NCBI GenBank assembly: GCA_938002085.1
Contig: CALLAT010000035.1
Span: forward strand, 58,949-122,948
DNA from: an uncultured Pseudanabaenaceae cyanobacterium
GTDB lineage: Bacteria; Cyanobacteriota; Cyanobacteriia; PCC-9006; JAAUQQ01
Direction of reading: 5' to 3'
DNA: 64,000 nt
Made by a program: the position numbers and the translations under genes. Numbering within the stretch: the stretch's first letter is position 1; every line of letters starts with the position of its first letter. Below are positions 49,301-59,058 of the stretch, one piece after another. Below the pieces are notes generated by a model. The model did no database searches. It was not told where the DNA came from and saw nothing but the letters and a program-made list of their open reading frames with translations.

Positions 49301-50738
49301 ACAATGAGCCATAGGCCGAATTCACATAGCGATGGCAACCATTGTCAATAATCGCCACACCATCCAGCGAGGCCTCGATGGCAGCTGAGCGGGGGGCTAG
49401 GGACTCATGGAGCTGTCCATAGTTGAGGGCGATCGCCATCTGGGACGCGACAAAATTAACGATGGCCTGACAATCCTGAGCAAATGCGAGGGGAATCCAA
49501 CGATGCTCCACATACAACATTCCATAGCAATTCTCCCCTTGCTGCACAGGTACAGCCAAAAAGGCCTGGGGCTGGCGGTGTCTCAGATAATCATCACGTA
49601 GCGCCAAGCCCTTCACCTGAAGAACAGTACAAGCCACAGTGGTCTGCCTGGCTTCATAGCCGCGCTGGAGCAGCGACATAGGGACCCGTTCCTGGGCCTC
49701 TGCATGGGAAAGCGGCGACAAAGCCTGGCCCAAGTCTGTCCCGCCCACTTCTCCAAAGCCATCTTGACAATAAACCTGCCAAGCATGACTCCCATTGGCT
49801 TGCCTCATATCACTCGCCTGGGCAAACGCACAACGGTCTGCTCCGGTGTAATTCATGAGACAGCGAAAGCATTCCTGTAAAAGCTCTTGGGGATCTAAAG
49901 TCGCAGCGAGTTTCTCAAAGCGGGGCAACAGGGAAGCCAGCGCAAATGCATTTTCCCGCTGGGGCAGTTCTAGCGCAGCCGTGCAATGTTTCAGGCTGCC
50001 AGTCTGCTCTAACTGAGACAGGCAATGGCGTAAATCCCGCTGAAGGCTCAAGGCATTGGGATACTGACAAAGGCCACTCTTATCCAGCAAGCGCTGCAAA
50101 ATCGCTGTCAGCGACCCCGGCAAGGGCAAAGTATTCACCCCCGGCATGACACAGATATTGCCCGAAGAGACATCTGGCAAGGGAAGCGCTTCTAAACTCG
50201 GTAGGCGGAAAGGTCCATCCAACAGATGGTATAGCAACTTCCCGAAGTCTTTAAGGTCTTTAGTACTACCAGAATCTCCCCAGCCAGCCTGGCTAAAATC
50301 AATCAATCGAACCCGGCAGGACTGGGGCTCCACTAAGAGATGACTGGGTTTAATCGCATTGTGGCGGATGCCATGTTGGGAGAGCAATTGCAAGATATCT
50401 GCCAACTGAAGCGCAATCTCCAAACAGTCCCGCAATGTCAAATCGTGGGACGTCCGATACTGGTCCAGGGGCATCCCCTGGCAATCCTCCAGAATCAGAA
50501 CAGGCTTACCTTGCCAATATTCCAAACCATAGCAAGTGAGCAAGCCGCTATGGGATAATCCCTGGGTCAAACTGTACTGATGGTGAAGCCGAAAAAGTTT
50601 TTCCGGCGTGGGCGCTTCACCCGCCAGCATTTTCAACAGCACAGGACGCTGATTCACTGGGTCCTGTGCCTGCAAAATCAGGGTATCCTTCCCTCGATAA
50701 AGCTCACCTAATATTTGATAGCCCGCAATCGAGTTCAT
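46377..50738 (-). CDS. Hybrid sensor histidine kinase: pseudokinase-like N-terminus, GAF, multiple PAS/PAC, HisKA-HATPase, receiver
   Basis: H-box [15 protein letters not shown]-boxes DTGVGI / GTGLGLAIS, and receiver VLVVDDN...[11 protein letters not shown]. The N-terminal STK-like domain has lost its catalytic Asp. Start set to ATG 50738 ([10 protein letters not shown]). Confidence 0.95.
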   Translation of the reverse strand: MNSIAGYQILGELYRGKDTLILQAQDPVNQRPVLLKMLAGEAPTPEKLFRLHHQYSLTQGLSHSGLLTCYGLEYWQGKPVLILEDCQGMPLDQYRTSHDLTLRDCLEIALQLADILQLLSQHGIRHNAIKPSHLLVEPQSCRVRLIDFSQAGWGDSGSTKDLKDFGKLLYHLLDGPFRLPSLEALPLPDVSSGNICVMPGVNTLPLPGSLTAILQRLLDKSGLCQYPNALSLQRDLRHCLSQLEQTGSLKHCTAALELPQRENAFALASLLPRFEKLAATLDPQELLQECFRCLMNYTGADRCAFAQASDMRQANGSHAWQVYCQDGFGEVGGTDLGQALSPLSHAEAQERVPMSLLQRGYEARQTTVACTVLQVKGLALRDDYLRHRQPQAFLAVPVQQGENCYGMLYVEHRWIPLAFAQDCQAIVNFVASQMAIALNYGQLHESLAPRSAAIEASLDGVAIIDNGCHRYVNSAYGSLFGYETDELVGQNWVKLYPPQELACLQQKVLQQLREHRQWRGESVGLRKDGSSFDQEITLFLLEDKTLICICRDISERKASEHALELTQFAVDNSAFSAFWIDEAGRLSAPNQAAIATLGYDAETLSQMHIWDIDENLQRAVWPNHWVSLRRSPNQVFESRHRDCSGEMFPVEISTNYMEYRGKSYNFVQVQNITARKQAEEESRSAQQLLQLVLDTIPQKVFWKDRDSKYLGCNRMFAEVAGLASPAEIIGKTDYEMPWKKEESDFFVACDQRIMNSGQAELGIVETLLTVTGHETWLETNKAPLYDSNHQVIGILGTFQDITSLKEAEATLQRMNEELENRVVSRTRELQESQQFLQLIMDTIPLAIFWKDRDSVYLGCNREALYTTGFSQVDDIVGKTDYDLPWGAEVAEKVRQGDIEVMERNAPALRVEESLSQADGNQAWLETSKVPIHNMDGNVMGILATFQDITPRKQAEASLQELNGELREAKEVADAASLAKSEFLASMSHELRTPLNGILGYAQILKRSETLTTKEQHGVMVIRESGEHLLTLINEVLDLAKIEAGKLTLKPKATELIPLLKGVIEICRLQAEQKGVVFQAQLDEALPQQVIVDEKCLRQVLLNLLSNAVKFTQEGCIEFRAECTSLTVPGLRQHPDDVEQACCHIDFSIWDTGVGIAEQDLGRLFQAFEQVGDERQNSQGTGLGLAISQQMVQMMGGEIQVVSQLGEGSEFFFAISLPLVQGEATAPEDGGRVVAYKGDRRHVLVVDDNAKNCELLQACLEPLGFTITTACDGIAALEEINRDPPDLAIIDLIMPRLDGHALLQRLREDTRFARLPVIVSSASVGPEEQSRCLALGANDFLPKPVNLDLLLGMLRQHLSLRWQLELEQADGALLPAVEQKSMLSIPSPEILNHIFELLSLGRLQKIYHYLDQQEANEPQYRSFFDEIRSLAKQFDLDRLEALLTEHLASSAHLN

Positions 50739-51154
50739 CGACCCACCAGCAACAGAACAAGGGTGGAGAAGAACCAGAGACGCAGCCTTCGTTGCCAAAC
50801 CAGCTGAAGCAAGCCAATGCAAGTTTCAACAGCAGCCAACCTTCAGCTCTCGCCATGTCCAGTTCTAAGCAACGTGATCTGATATCCCATTGCCTGGGGC
50901 CAGAAATAAAGCCAGCCTCATCTATGGGAAACAGCAATACACTGCAACCTCTCTAAACCTAGTATGGTCGCGAGTAATCGCTTAATTTCTATGTGACTTG
51001 GCTGATTTTAAGCTTCAAATGTCCCCGTATCTTTCTCTTCAAAGCCCCGTAATTCACTCGGTTAAAGTCTTAAGGAATGAATCTCTTAACTTCAGTAATC
51101 TGCCCCTAGATTTTCGGGGTTTTCCCATTTCGTTTCCCCATAAACGGGATTGAG

Positions 51155-52879
51155 TTATAGCTGATCAATCTCCCCAGCGATGGATTGGGATTGGGTTGTG
51201 AGAGATTGAAACTGCTCAAGCAGCGGCGCAGCACTCGCATCTTGATCTTCCACATACTGATAAAGATCAACGAGGTTTCGATCTATTTCCTCATAGACAA
51301 TACCGAGTTTGCTCTGAAGTTGCTCCGTAATTGACGAGCGAAAGCGATCGCGATTGCGGTCAAGTTCACGGTCAAACTTCTGAATCATGGCTCGACGCTT
51401 GGTAATCAAAATGCCCCCAGCCAGAACAACACCCAGCCCGAGAAAAATGCCACCCAAGATATCCAGAATCACCACCTCCGTCACCGCTGCAATGGTGCCA
51501 CCTACGACCGCCAAAATTCCGCCCCCTGCCATACCCGGTCCTACGCTCTCAGCTTTAGCCGCCATAAAGTCGAGAAAAGCGGCGTCATTGAGGACGTTCC
51601 CCACCTTGCCTTTGACATCCTCAATCACGGCATAGCGATGCTCCAAGATAGGTACCGCGATTTCGGTGTTGCGTAGGTCCGAATTTTGTAAACTGCTTAG
51701 GTCTTCCAGGATGCGACGGATGAGCTGCTGAATGCCCGTGACAAAATGTTTGGCTCCCTCCCGGGAGGTCTCCTCAAGGTTGGATTCTAGCTCTTGCTTA
51801 GAACGTTCTTTGAGCTGCTCCATCCAGGTTTCCACCCGCTCGCTGCGATTGAAGATACCCATGATGGAACGCTTGGCCAGGACAAAAACGGTCAGGCCCT
51901 CACGGAATTCGCCTTTGATTTGCGTCGTGATGCGATCGTATTGGCCCAGAAGCCTCTCCACGAGAGACTCTAGCTCATAGCTGGACTGGCCGCGCCCCTG
52001 GACCAAGCGGCCTTTGATTTGCTCCGCGACGGCGCGATCAGTTTCAACCTGCTGGCGCAGCTGCTCCATATCCGCTTCTAGGCGACTGAGGATTTGGCTG
52101 GCAGCGCTCATGTTGGACTGGAGCTTGAGGCGATAGCTTTGGCCGCCGGTGATGCGATCGCGCACAAAGCTGCGAATGGGCTCAAAGCCAGACTGGTCAT
52201 TCTGGCCTTCTAGCTCCAGCTTGGCCGAAGTCGAATAGATCAACGGAGCCTCAATGCCCCGACGCATGGCCTCTTGCTTGACATATTCCTGGGCCGTTTC
52301 CAGCTCAACCGGATCGGCAATATCCGCCTGTTGTAGCACAAACACAGTGGGACGTTTCCACTCATCATGGGTGAAGTTGAGCAGATCCCAGGCGCTATTG
52401 GTATAGGGGTTCTTGGCAAAGAACACAAACATCACGAGGTCACTATTGGGAATAAATTCCTTGGTGATTTCTTCATGCTCAATAAAGGGACTGTTGGTAC
52501 CAGGTGTGTCTACAACTGCAATCTGTTCCAGGATGGGGACTGGCCGTCCCATTTCCTTGAGCAGACCAGGCTTGAGATCGAGGGTGTAGTCGCCGCGATC
52601 GCTATGGACAATCTTAGTCACCACATTGGTGCGCGGGTCTGCACCCACATCACAGACATCGCTGTCCAGTAAAGCATTTACAAAACTGCTCTTGCCCGCC
52701 TTGACCTCTCCAATAACAACAAAGAGAAAAGGCTGCTGAATATTTTCTTGCAGGCTAGCGATGGTCTTTTGTAAGCCAGCATTGTGGAGCGAGGCCGCAA
52801 ACTTGCCAAAGTCATCCAGCAAACTTCCTAACCGAGAACGGGCATCGTGGATAGCTTGGTCGAGGATGGCGTTAGGCAT
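51155..52879 (-). CDS. Bacterial dynamin-like protein (large GTPase with membrane paddle)
   Basis: G1 GEVKAGKSSFVNALL, G3 VVDTPGTNS, a long helical stalk, and a hydrophobic hairpin GGGILAVVGGTIAAV...GGIFLGLGVVLAGGILI. Confidence 0.9.
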   Translation of the reverse strand: MPNAILDQAIHDARSRLGSLLDDFGKFAASLHNAGLQKTIASLQENIQQPFLFVVIGEVKAGKSSFVNALLDSDVCDVGADPRTNVVTKIVHSDRGDYTLDLKPGLLKEMGRPVPILEQIAVVDTPGTNSPFIEHEEITKEFIPNSDLVMFVFFAKNPYTNSAWDLLNFTHDEWKRPTVFVLQQADIADPVELETAQEYVKQEAMRRGIEAPLIYSTSAKLELEGQNDQSGFEPIRSFVRDRITGGQSYRLKLQSNMSAASQILSRLEADMEQLRQQVETDRAVAEQIKGRLVQGRGQSSYELESLVERLLGQYDRITTQIKGEFREGLTVFVLAKRSIMGIFNRSERVETWMEQLKERSKQELESNLEETSREGAKHFVTGIQQLIRRILEDLSSLQNSDLRNTEIAVPILEHRYAVIEDVKGKVGNVLNDAAFLDFMAAKAESVGPGMAGGGILAVVGGTIAAVTEVVILDILGGIFLGLGVVLAGGILITKRRAMIQKFDRELDRNRDRFRSSITEQLQSKLGIVYEEIDRNLVDLYQYVEDQDASAAPLLEQFQSLTTQSQSIAGEIDQL

Positions 52880-53052
52880 GGGAGTCGCAATAGGGAAGAC
52901 AAGCGCGAAGAAGCCTCAAGAAGACAGTTGAGTCTCGCCCCATCATCCCACCGAGGGCCATGGCTGCCGGGCTGGACAACCGATGGAAAGAGTCGGGAAT
53001 ACCGGCAAGACCTGGGTTTCTTATCGCCCTCCCGCCTTGTTCATCAGTAAAG

Positions 53053-53418
53053 TTATTCGGCAAAAACCACTTCGTCTTCCACTCGCCAGGCCGGATCAAC
53101 AATGCAAATAAAGGCCAGCGGCTCCGGCCCAGGATTGTGGGCAAACTGTTTCGCCCCCGGCGGAATGTAAACCAAGTCCCCTGGCGCCAATGGCTGGGTC
53201 TCCCCTTCAATCGTCATCTCTCCCTGGCCGCTGAGAATGTAATAAATCTCTGATGTCCTCAAGGCATGGGGAATCGAAGTCTTGCCCGGCGGAACGATCG
53301 CATGGGCAAAGCTATAGCGCAGATCCACCGACTGCTTATCGGGATGCAGCAACTCTCGCAACAGCGTGCCATCTCCAGCGATAAATTCCTCGCAGTCATT
53401 CAGCTTACGAATCAGCAT
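53053..53418 (-). CDS. Cupin-domain protein
   Basis: 121 aa. G..IPHALRTSEIYYILSGQGEM...GDLVYIPPGA.QFAHN is a two-motif cupin pattern. Confidence 0.8.
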   Translation of the reverse strand: MLIRKLNDCEEFIAGDGTLLRELLHPDKQSVDLRYSFAHAIVPPGKTSIPHALRTSEIYYILSGQGEMTIEGETQPLAPGDLVYIPPGAKQFAHNPGPEPLAFICIVDPAWRVEDEVVFAE

Positions 53419-53463
53419 AGTTCGCTTCAGTCTCTAACCAGTGGTGGGAAATTTCGATAGCGT

Positions 53464-53808
53464 TCAATAGGTCTGCAACGTTTCAAAATCCCGACAACCC
53501 ACCGCATCAGGCGTGAGCGCCTCATGGGGATGAACCGGACATTTCAAGCGATGGTCATTGGTAAAAAACTGACAGTCTGAACAGGGAATTTCATGCATGG
53601 CAGCGCTACGCCGCACCGTCTCCCGCCCGGCTGCAATCACCTGCCACAGTCCCAACGCGACAACCGTCCAGGCGATCACCGCAAAAAAGACATTCGGCAA
53701 AGCGCGCAATAGCCCAATCAAAAGAGCCGCCCCACGGGCCATGAGTTCAGCAATAGCAGTCAGCACAATTTTGCTCAGCCCTAATCTAATATCAAGTCCC
53801 TCGCGCAA
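53464..53808 (-). CDS. Small membrane protein with a C-terminal CxxC...C..H Cys/His motif
   Basis: Two TM helices followed by IPCSDCQFFTNDHRLKCPVHP...GCRDFE. Lies 45 nt upstream of the cupin gene on the same strand. Confidence 0.6.
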   Translation of the reverse strand: MREGLDIRLGLSKIVLTAIAELMARGAALLIGLLRALPNVFFAVIAWTVVALGLWQVIAAGRETVRRSAAMHEIPCSDCQFFTNDHRLKCPVHPHEALTPDAVGCRDFETLQTY

Positions 53809-54080
53809 TCGCTCATTCAGCTTTCCAAGGACTCAACAGCGATCGTTCAAGGAATCTACAGCACAGCTTATGGGACGAATTCAGACGAAAAACCAACCCG
53901 AGAGAAGCCTCAAACTTTCGTAAACTCTCGACATCTTGACCATGTTCATTGAAGCCTCAACCACGAACGCTCCAACGGCTATGACCTCCCCAGCCCAAAG
54001 AGTCAGCCGCAGCACAATCGAAGTAGGCCGAAGTAAATGGCCGAAGTGAATAGCGCCCACACAGCAGCCATCAGTTACGT

Positions 54081-54118
54081 AAAAGCCCATCGTTGTTGTT
54101 GCACAACGATGGGCTTTT
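54081..54118. terminator. Hairpin downstream of the alpha/beta-hydrolase gene
   Basis: 15-bp stem AAAAGCCCATCGTTG / CAACGATGGGCTTTT. A/T runs on both sides. Confidence 0.6.
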
Positions 54119-54205
54119 AAATCTAAACGCAATCCATCAGCGGACGAACGGCGATTCGCTCCTAGGGCTACTCATGGGAATCGGGCCACTGACTTGAATA
54201 GGGTC

Positions 54206-55630
54206 TCATTGGCCCATATTGCTGTCCAAAAATGTTTCAACCTTGCCCATCCAGCTACCCACAGCAGTGGCAGAGACGGGCATGTCTCGGGCCGATGACA
54301 ACCCGAGAATTTCCTTAGGGCCTTGGAGTTGACCATGGATACCGACAACCTCGTCCAGGCTCACCCAAGACTCTTCTGAGCCGTAGAGAACCAGGGTGGG
54401 CGTTGTAATCTCACTGGCATAGCTAATGGGGTCTAGGGCCGCTGGATCTTCCCCTTGTAGAACCCCTCCCCACAGGGTCAACATTTGGGTCGTGGGCGAT
54501 CGCGGCAGTCCCACAGATTCCACCACCGCCTCAGTCAGGCTAAATAGCTGGGCATAGGGATCTTCGATGATCAAGGCATTGGGCTGAAGATCAAATTCTG
54601 CGATTGCCCGCATAACATGGCTAGCCCCCATAATCCTTCCATAGAGAGCGATGGGAGGGTTCTCAAAGGTCTTTTTCACATAGTCCACCGTCACCGCCAC
54701 ATCTTCAGCTTCACGACGGCCCAAGGTGGTGTCGTTGCCGCTGGAATCCCCCACGCCCCGTAGGTCTACAGCAAAAGAAGCATAGCCCATGCGATAGAGC
54801 AGTTTCATTTCCTGGAGCAGGGTTTGCTTACTCGCAGCATAGGCAGGAAATAGCAGCACCACGCCCTGCTTATCGGAGGCTTGAATCGGTGGAGACACTA
54901 CATCTATCGAGGCCCCCTCATTTTTCTCAGCAGCAGCGGGTTGCTCCTGGGCCTCTGAGTCGGACGCCGCTGAAGCATCTTCACCAGCGGTGGTGGATTC
55001 CTCTGTCGCTGCTGATTCGGTCTCAGGTTTAGCTTCGGCTTTGGCTGGGGGAGCGCCCTTGGGAGCAGGCACATACCAGCCATCCAAGAACTCACCATTC
55101 CCTAGGTCAATGCGGTGGCTATCAAATGCCAAGCCGATATCTTCAGGACTGTAGGCATTTTCGGGACGCGGCACCTTGATGCCAAACAGCAATGCCCCTA
55201 AGCGCTGCAATGGCGGTTGGGCAAAGGTGGGGCGGCTCTCAACATTAGCCTTGCTGTAGTGGGTCAAGGAATGGGCTTGCCAGGCAGCTAGCCCATTCAA
55301 TCCTAGAAACGGCAGCGTAATCAGGAGACTCAACCACTGCAAACTGCGCAGCCCGCAGCCTCGTTTTGGGCGACTGCCAGACTCGGCCTTATTCCCCCCG
55401 GCTGGCTCCCACCCCGGCACCGCATCTTCGATGGCAGGCTCATCAGCATGGGTCTCAACTGCCGCAGTTTTGCTAGGGCTAGCCGATTGCGAAGCCCCCT
55501 GCCCAGGCAGTTGCTCAGACGTGGCCTCTGCCTCAGGAAGCTCCACAGAATAGCTGCCAGAGCCTGCGATCGCCTGATCATCAGCCGACTCTGCAGACAT
55601 ATCAGGGTTGGAGCGAGGAAGATCTGCCAT
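54206..55630 (-). CDS. Alpha/beta-hydrolase-fold protein with N-terminal TM anchor and an acidic/Ala-rich insertion
   Basis: TM segment LQWLSLLITLPFLGLNGLAAW. Hydrolase core ...VVLLFPAYAASK...DLRGVGDSSG...LYGRIMGAS. Start set to ATG 55630. Confidence 0.75.
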   Translation of the reverse strand: MADLPRSNPDMSAESADDQAIAGSGSYSVELPEAEATSEQLPGQGASQSASPSKTAAVETHADEPAIEDAVPGWEPAGGNKAESGSRPKRGCGLRSLQWLSLLITLPFLGLNGLAAWQAHSLTHYSKANVESRPTFAQPPLQRLGALLFGIKVPRPENAYSPEDIGLAFDSHRIDLGNGEFLDGWYVPAPKGAPPAKAEAKPETESAATEESTTAGEDASAASDSEAQEQPAAAEKNEGASIDVVSPPIQASDKQGVVLLFPAYAASKQTLLQEMKLLYRMGYASFAVDLRGVGDSSGNDTTLGRREAEDVAVTVDYVKKTFENPPIALYGRIMGASHVMRAIAEFDLQPNALIIEDPYAQLFSLTEAVVESVGLPRSPTTQMLTLWGGVLQGEDPAALDPISYASEITTPTLVLYGSEESWVSLDEVVGIHGQLQGPKEILGLSSARDMPVSATAVGSWMGKVETFLDSNMGQ

Positions 55631-55961
55631 GGGGATAATTTTGGGAAATGCACAGGAGCGATCAAATAACTGGCCAGAAAACCAGCGACCCATCCAAAAG
55701 AGGGCTTGGCCCTTGTATTAATAAAGCGCCACCATCAAACCATAACGTTCCCATTCTCTTCACTTTTTCAGACAGGCAGGGAGAAATGGGCTCCCCACAA
55801 AATCGGTTATCAAAAACGAGGGGACATCTCAAAAAGTCAAAAATTGAGCGCAACCTGCCGGAGTAACCGCAAGTAATATGCAAAGCTAAAAAGAGTTGCT
55901 GATGCCGCTAAGGCCCAGCCAGAACTCAGGCCCCTAATTCCCCTCATCTCATAACGCTTCT

Positions 55962-56447
55962 ATGGAGATCCAGCTCAGACCCACAACCCTCGAAGATCTG
56001 GATTTTGTTATTGCCACAGAGAACGACCCTCTGAATCGTCGCTTTGTAGTGCCCTGGACGCGAGAACAACATGAAATTGCCCTCCAAGACAAGAACCTTC
56101 AACATTGGGTTGTAGAAAGTGATCATCCCACGGGATATATCATCCTAGCCGGACTCGATAGCGCCAATCAGAGCATTGAAATGCGGCGCATCGTCATTAC
56201 CGAAAAGGGACAGGGCTATGGTCGGCGAGCCATTCAGCTCACCACCAGCCATATCTTTGACGAACTCCAGGCCCACCGCTTCTGGACTGAGGTGAAGCAG
56301 TTTGACCTGCGCACCCAGCACCTTTACAAAGCCCTAGGCTTTGTCGAAGAAGGCCGCCTACGCGAATGCTCCAAAGGCGCAAAGGGCTTTGAAACGATGG
56401 TGGTTCTGGCCATGCTTCAGCAGGAGTATGAGCAGATTGTGGGCTAG
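55962..56447 (+). CDS. GNAT-family N-acetyltransferase
   Basis: IVITEKGQGYGRRAI is the acetyl-CoA Q/RxxGxG/A motif, plus ..ALGFVEEGRLRE. Confidence 0.85.
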   Translation: MEIQLRPTTLEDLDFVIATENDPLNRRFVVPWTREQHEIALQDKNLQHWVVESDHPTGYIILAGLDSANQSIEMRRIVITEKGQGYGRRAIQLTTSHIFDELQAHRFWTEVKQFDLRTQHLYKALGFVEEGRLRECSKGAKGFETMVVLAMLQQEYEQIVG

Positions 56448-58552
56448 GCGAAAGCGCCACCTAAAAAGGTCAAGATCATCAGCCAGCGCAGCACAAAGCG
56501 GACCGCCATCATCACTGCAACGCAACCCGCCACGGACATATAACCACCGGACCAATCCACCTTAAACCCTGGGACAACCGCACTCGTTAACCCTAGGGCC
56601 AGGCTTTTGCGGGCCACCATAAACGGGAAGAAAAACAGGCCATTCAAAGGCAGCAGCAGCTCGAAAATGCCCTCAAAGATCGACATTGCGATCGAGGCTT
56701 GATAAAGGGCTGTCATGTTATTGGCTGCTACTGCCATGCGCAAGAGAGCAGCGGCAAAGAGTCCGACTGTCGTGAACAGCATGGTAGAGCCAAAGGTAAA
56801 CAAGGGATGAAACGCTTGTTCAACTCGCAGGTCTACCTCTTGCTCCGCGCTGTTGTCATAGGCTTCAGTTGGCCAATTCGCTGGAATGACCGCTGCACCA
56901 GAGACCCACAATTCCACGTCCTCGGGTTGATCTCCCCAGGCTTCATGGGTCACAACGCAAGCCGTGCGCACTGGTCCAGCATCTCCGGCGTTTCGATACA
57001 TCACATCGGCCAAGGTAATGCCAGGGAGAATCTCCTGGGCATTACTTTGCAGCAGCGTCTTTTTTGGGGACTGCACATCAGCACGATGGCCTGCATTTTC
57101 CGCGCCGAAGGTGCTACAAGTGCGAGCTGCCCGAGTCAGCATCAGGTCTCGTTCAGACTTCAATGCAGGCAGCGGCTTTATATTTGAGCCCAAGTCCTCA
57201 AAAAACTCTGGCCCTACAATCTGCGTCGCGAGCTGACATTGCTCTGGGGCCGTACTTGAATTACAGGCTTCACTGCCAGCCAAAGCGGCAGGCTTGGCCA
57301 GGATCATGCCCAGGCACATCAAGAAGATTGAACTAATGACCACAATGCTGGGCCATAGCCACTGGTTCACAGGCTTGGCAGCGGGCTCCGACCGGCTAGC
57401 TTGGCCCATGGACTGGCCTTGGGGATGCTGTCTTGCACGATTGGCACCGGGACGAGCTTGGGGTGACCTAGGCGGAGCCGACATTTCTCCCGTCATCGCA
57501 CCGGAAATAGAATGGGCTGCTCCTCCCTGGGGCTCTGCCTCGTTCGCGGAGGCCTCAACCAGTTCTTCATCCTCCTCCGGCTTAGCAGCACCTAAGCTGG
57601 GGTCAAAAACCCTCGCCACCACTGCCAATGTGGCTTCTGCATCAACACAGTAACGACTCAGCCAAATTGGCCCTTTACGAGCATCATCCCCCGTCAAAGC
57701 CTCCATCTCTTGGAACCAGGTTTGCTGGGCTTCAGTCAAGCCCTCCGCACTGAAGGTGGGAGCCCCCTTAAAGAACAGCTCTAGCTGGGGCATCATGCGC
57801 TGCTTCTCTGCCATGGAGAACTCATGGAAGCCATTGACCTGAGTTGCCACAGCCTTGGACGGCGGCAAGATATCAGCGGTCAGCAACATGCGATTGCGAA
57901 TGAAGCAATACGATGCGAGGTCAAAACCTTCATCGAGGGGAGGGGCCGCCGCTGGTTCTGACTGGGCAGGAGGCATATCCGCAACGACAGAGACTGTGGG
58001 TGCAGCCGCTTCCGCAGCTTCATAGGCCGCAGCGGCTTCAGTCACGCCGTCTTTATCGGAGAGGGGATAGTTTGCAGCCTCAGCGGCAGGCGCGGCCACA
58101 GCGTTGGCAGAACGGGTAGCTACGGCTGGAGACCCACCGCCCTCGACCATGGATTTTTTCGCCTCAGCACGCTGGGCAGCGACATCCTGCATGATGTAAG
58201 TGGCAGCCTCACTCATCTGCCGCTGGGTTTCGCTCTGCACCGGCTGGGCAGGCTGAGCCGCATTGTTCTGCTCTCCAGCCGGCTTGGCTTGGGGTAGGCG
58301 AAATTTAGCCTCCCAGTCCGGTTCCTCTTCCCCTAAAACGCGGCTGTAGAGACAAACGCCATCAATATCCGTCAAGCTCAGACGGATCAAGGCTTGATAA
58401 ATCTTTTTGCCCACCCCCTTGTAATCCAGGACTTGCCCTGGCTCACGGTTCAGGAACACATGGAGATGACGATCCTGCTCAACCACTTGGAAAATGAGGC
58501 TTTCCTCACTGCAAGCGGTTTCTAAGATGTGAATCAGAACCTGATCATCCAT
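56444..58552 (-). CDS. Large hypothetical membrane protein (N-terminal soluble domain, Ala-rich linker, central TM, Cys-containing domain, C-terminal TM bundle)
   Basis: 702-aa ORF. Its stop codon overlaps the GNAT stop codon in a shared CTAG. Confidence 0.7.
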   Translation of the reverse strand: MDDQVLIHILETACSEESLIFQVVEQDRHLHVFLNREPGQVLDYKGVGKKIYQALIRLSLTDIDGVCLYSRVLGEEEPDWEAKFRLPQAKPAGEQNNAAQPAQPVQSETQRQMSEAATYIMQDVAAQRAEAKKSMVEGGGSPAVATRSANAVAAPAAEAANYPLSDKDGVTEAAAAYEAAEAAAPTVSVVADMPPAQSEPAAAPPLDEGFDLASYCFIRNRMLLTADILPPSKAVATQVNGFHEFSMAEKQRMMPQLELFFKGAPTFSAEGLTEAQQTWFQEMEALTGDDARKGPIWLSRYCVDAEATLAVVARVFDPSLGAAKPEEDEELVEASANEAEPQGGAAHSISGAMTGEMSAPPRSPQARPGANRARQHPQGQSMGQASRSEPAAKPVNQWLWPSIVVISSIFLMCLGMILAKPAALAGSEACNSSTAPEQCQLATQIVGPEFFEDLGSNIKPLPALKSERDLMLTRAARTCSTFGAENAGHRADVQSPKKTLLQSNAQEILPGITLADVMYRNAGDAGPVRTACVVTHEAWGDQPEDVELWVSGAAVIPANWPTEAYDNSAEQEVDLRVEQAFHPLFTFGSTMLFTTVGLFAAALLRMAVAANNMTALYQASIAMSIFEGIFELLLPLNGLFFFPFMVARKSLALGLTSAVVPGFKVDWSGGYMSVAGCVAVMMAVRFVLRWLMILTFLGGAFA

Positions 58553-59058
58553 GAGTTAACACAAGTAGCACTTCAACTGGCAAATTTCGGACTGGCTTCA
58601 GCACACTGCAGATGAGAGCGTTAGAGGAGGCAATTGAATCTCCAACGATGTTGCCTGGAGATGTCATCCAGAAAAGCGTTCTCTCTAGCTAAAGTGCCCA
58701 GAAATTTCAGCTGGATCGCTGACATGCACGATCGCTCCACTCCCAAACCATAACTATCTCCCCAGCCGATCAAAACCGCGATTGCCAATTCTCAAAGAGG
58801 CTGTTTTACCGACCAAAGCAGTGAGATAGGATAGATATGGTATCGCTTCGATTAGCTAACCCGCATCACAGCTCAAAATGCTGGGCTATGAGCGTTAGCG
58901 AAGGGATTTAGCAAAGTTTTTTGGGAATCAGACTCCAGTTCTGGGGTGAGTCGCGATTCCTGTTCAAGCTTGGGCAGTGATTCCTCGATCAAGCCTGCTG
59001 TGCGATCGCAATACCGCACCGTTGACCTCAACTCTCCCTAGCGAATTACTGCTACATC

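Noticed and set aside
51155-52879. Dynamin-like GTPase as part of a known anti-phage (LeoABC/Eleos-type) system
   Set aside because: Only one dynamin-like gene is present, with no LeoB/LeoC-like partners, no mobile-element context, and a core-genome neighbourhood. It is reported only as a neighbourhood curiosity.
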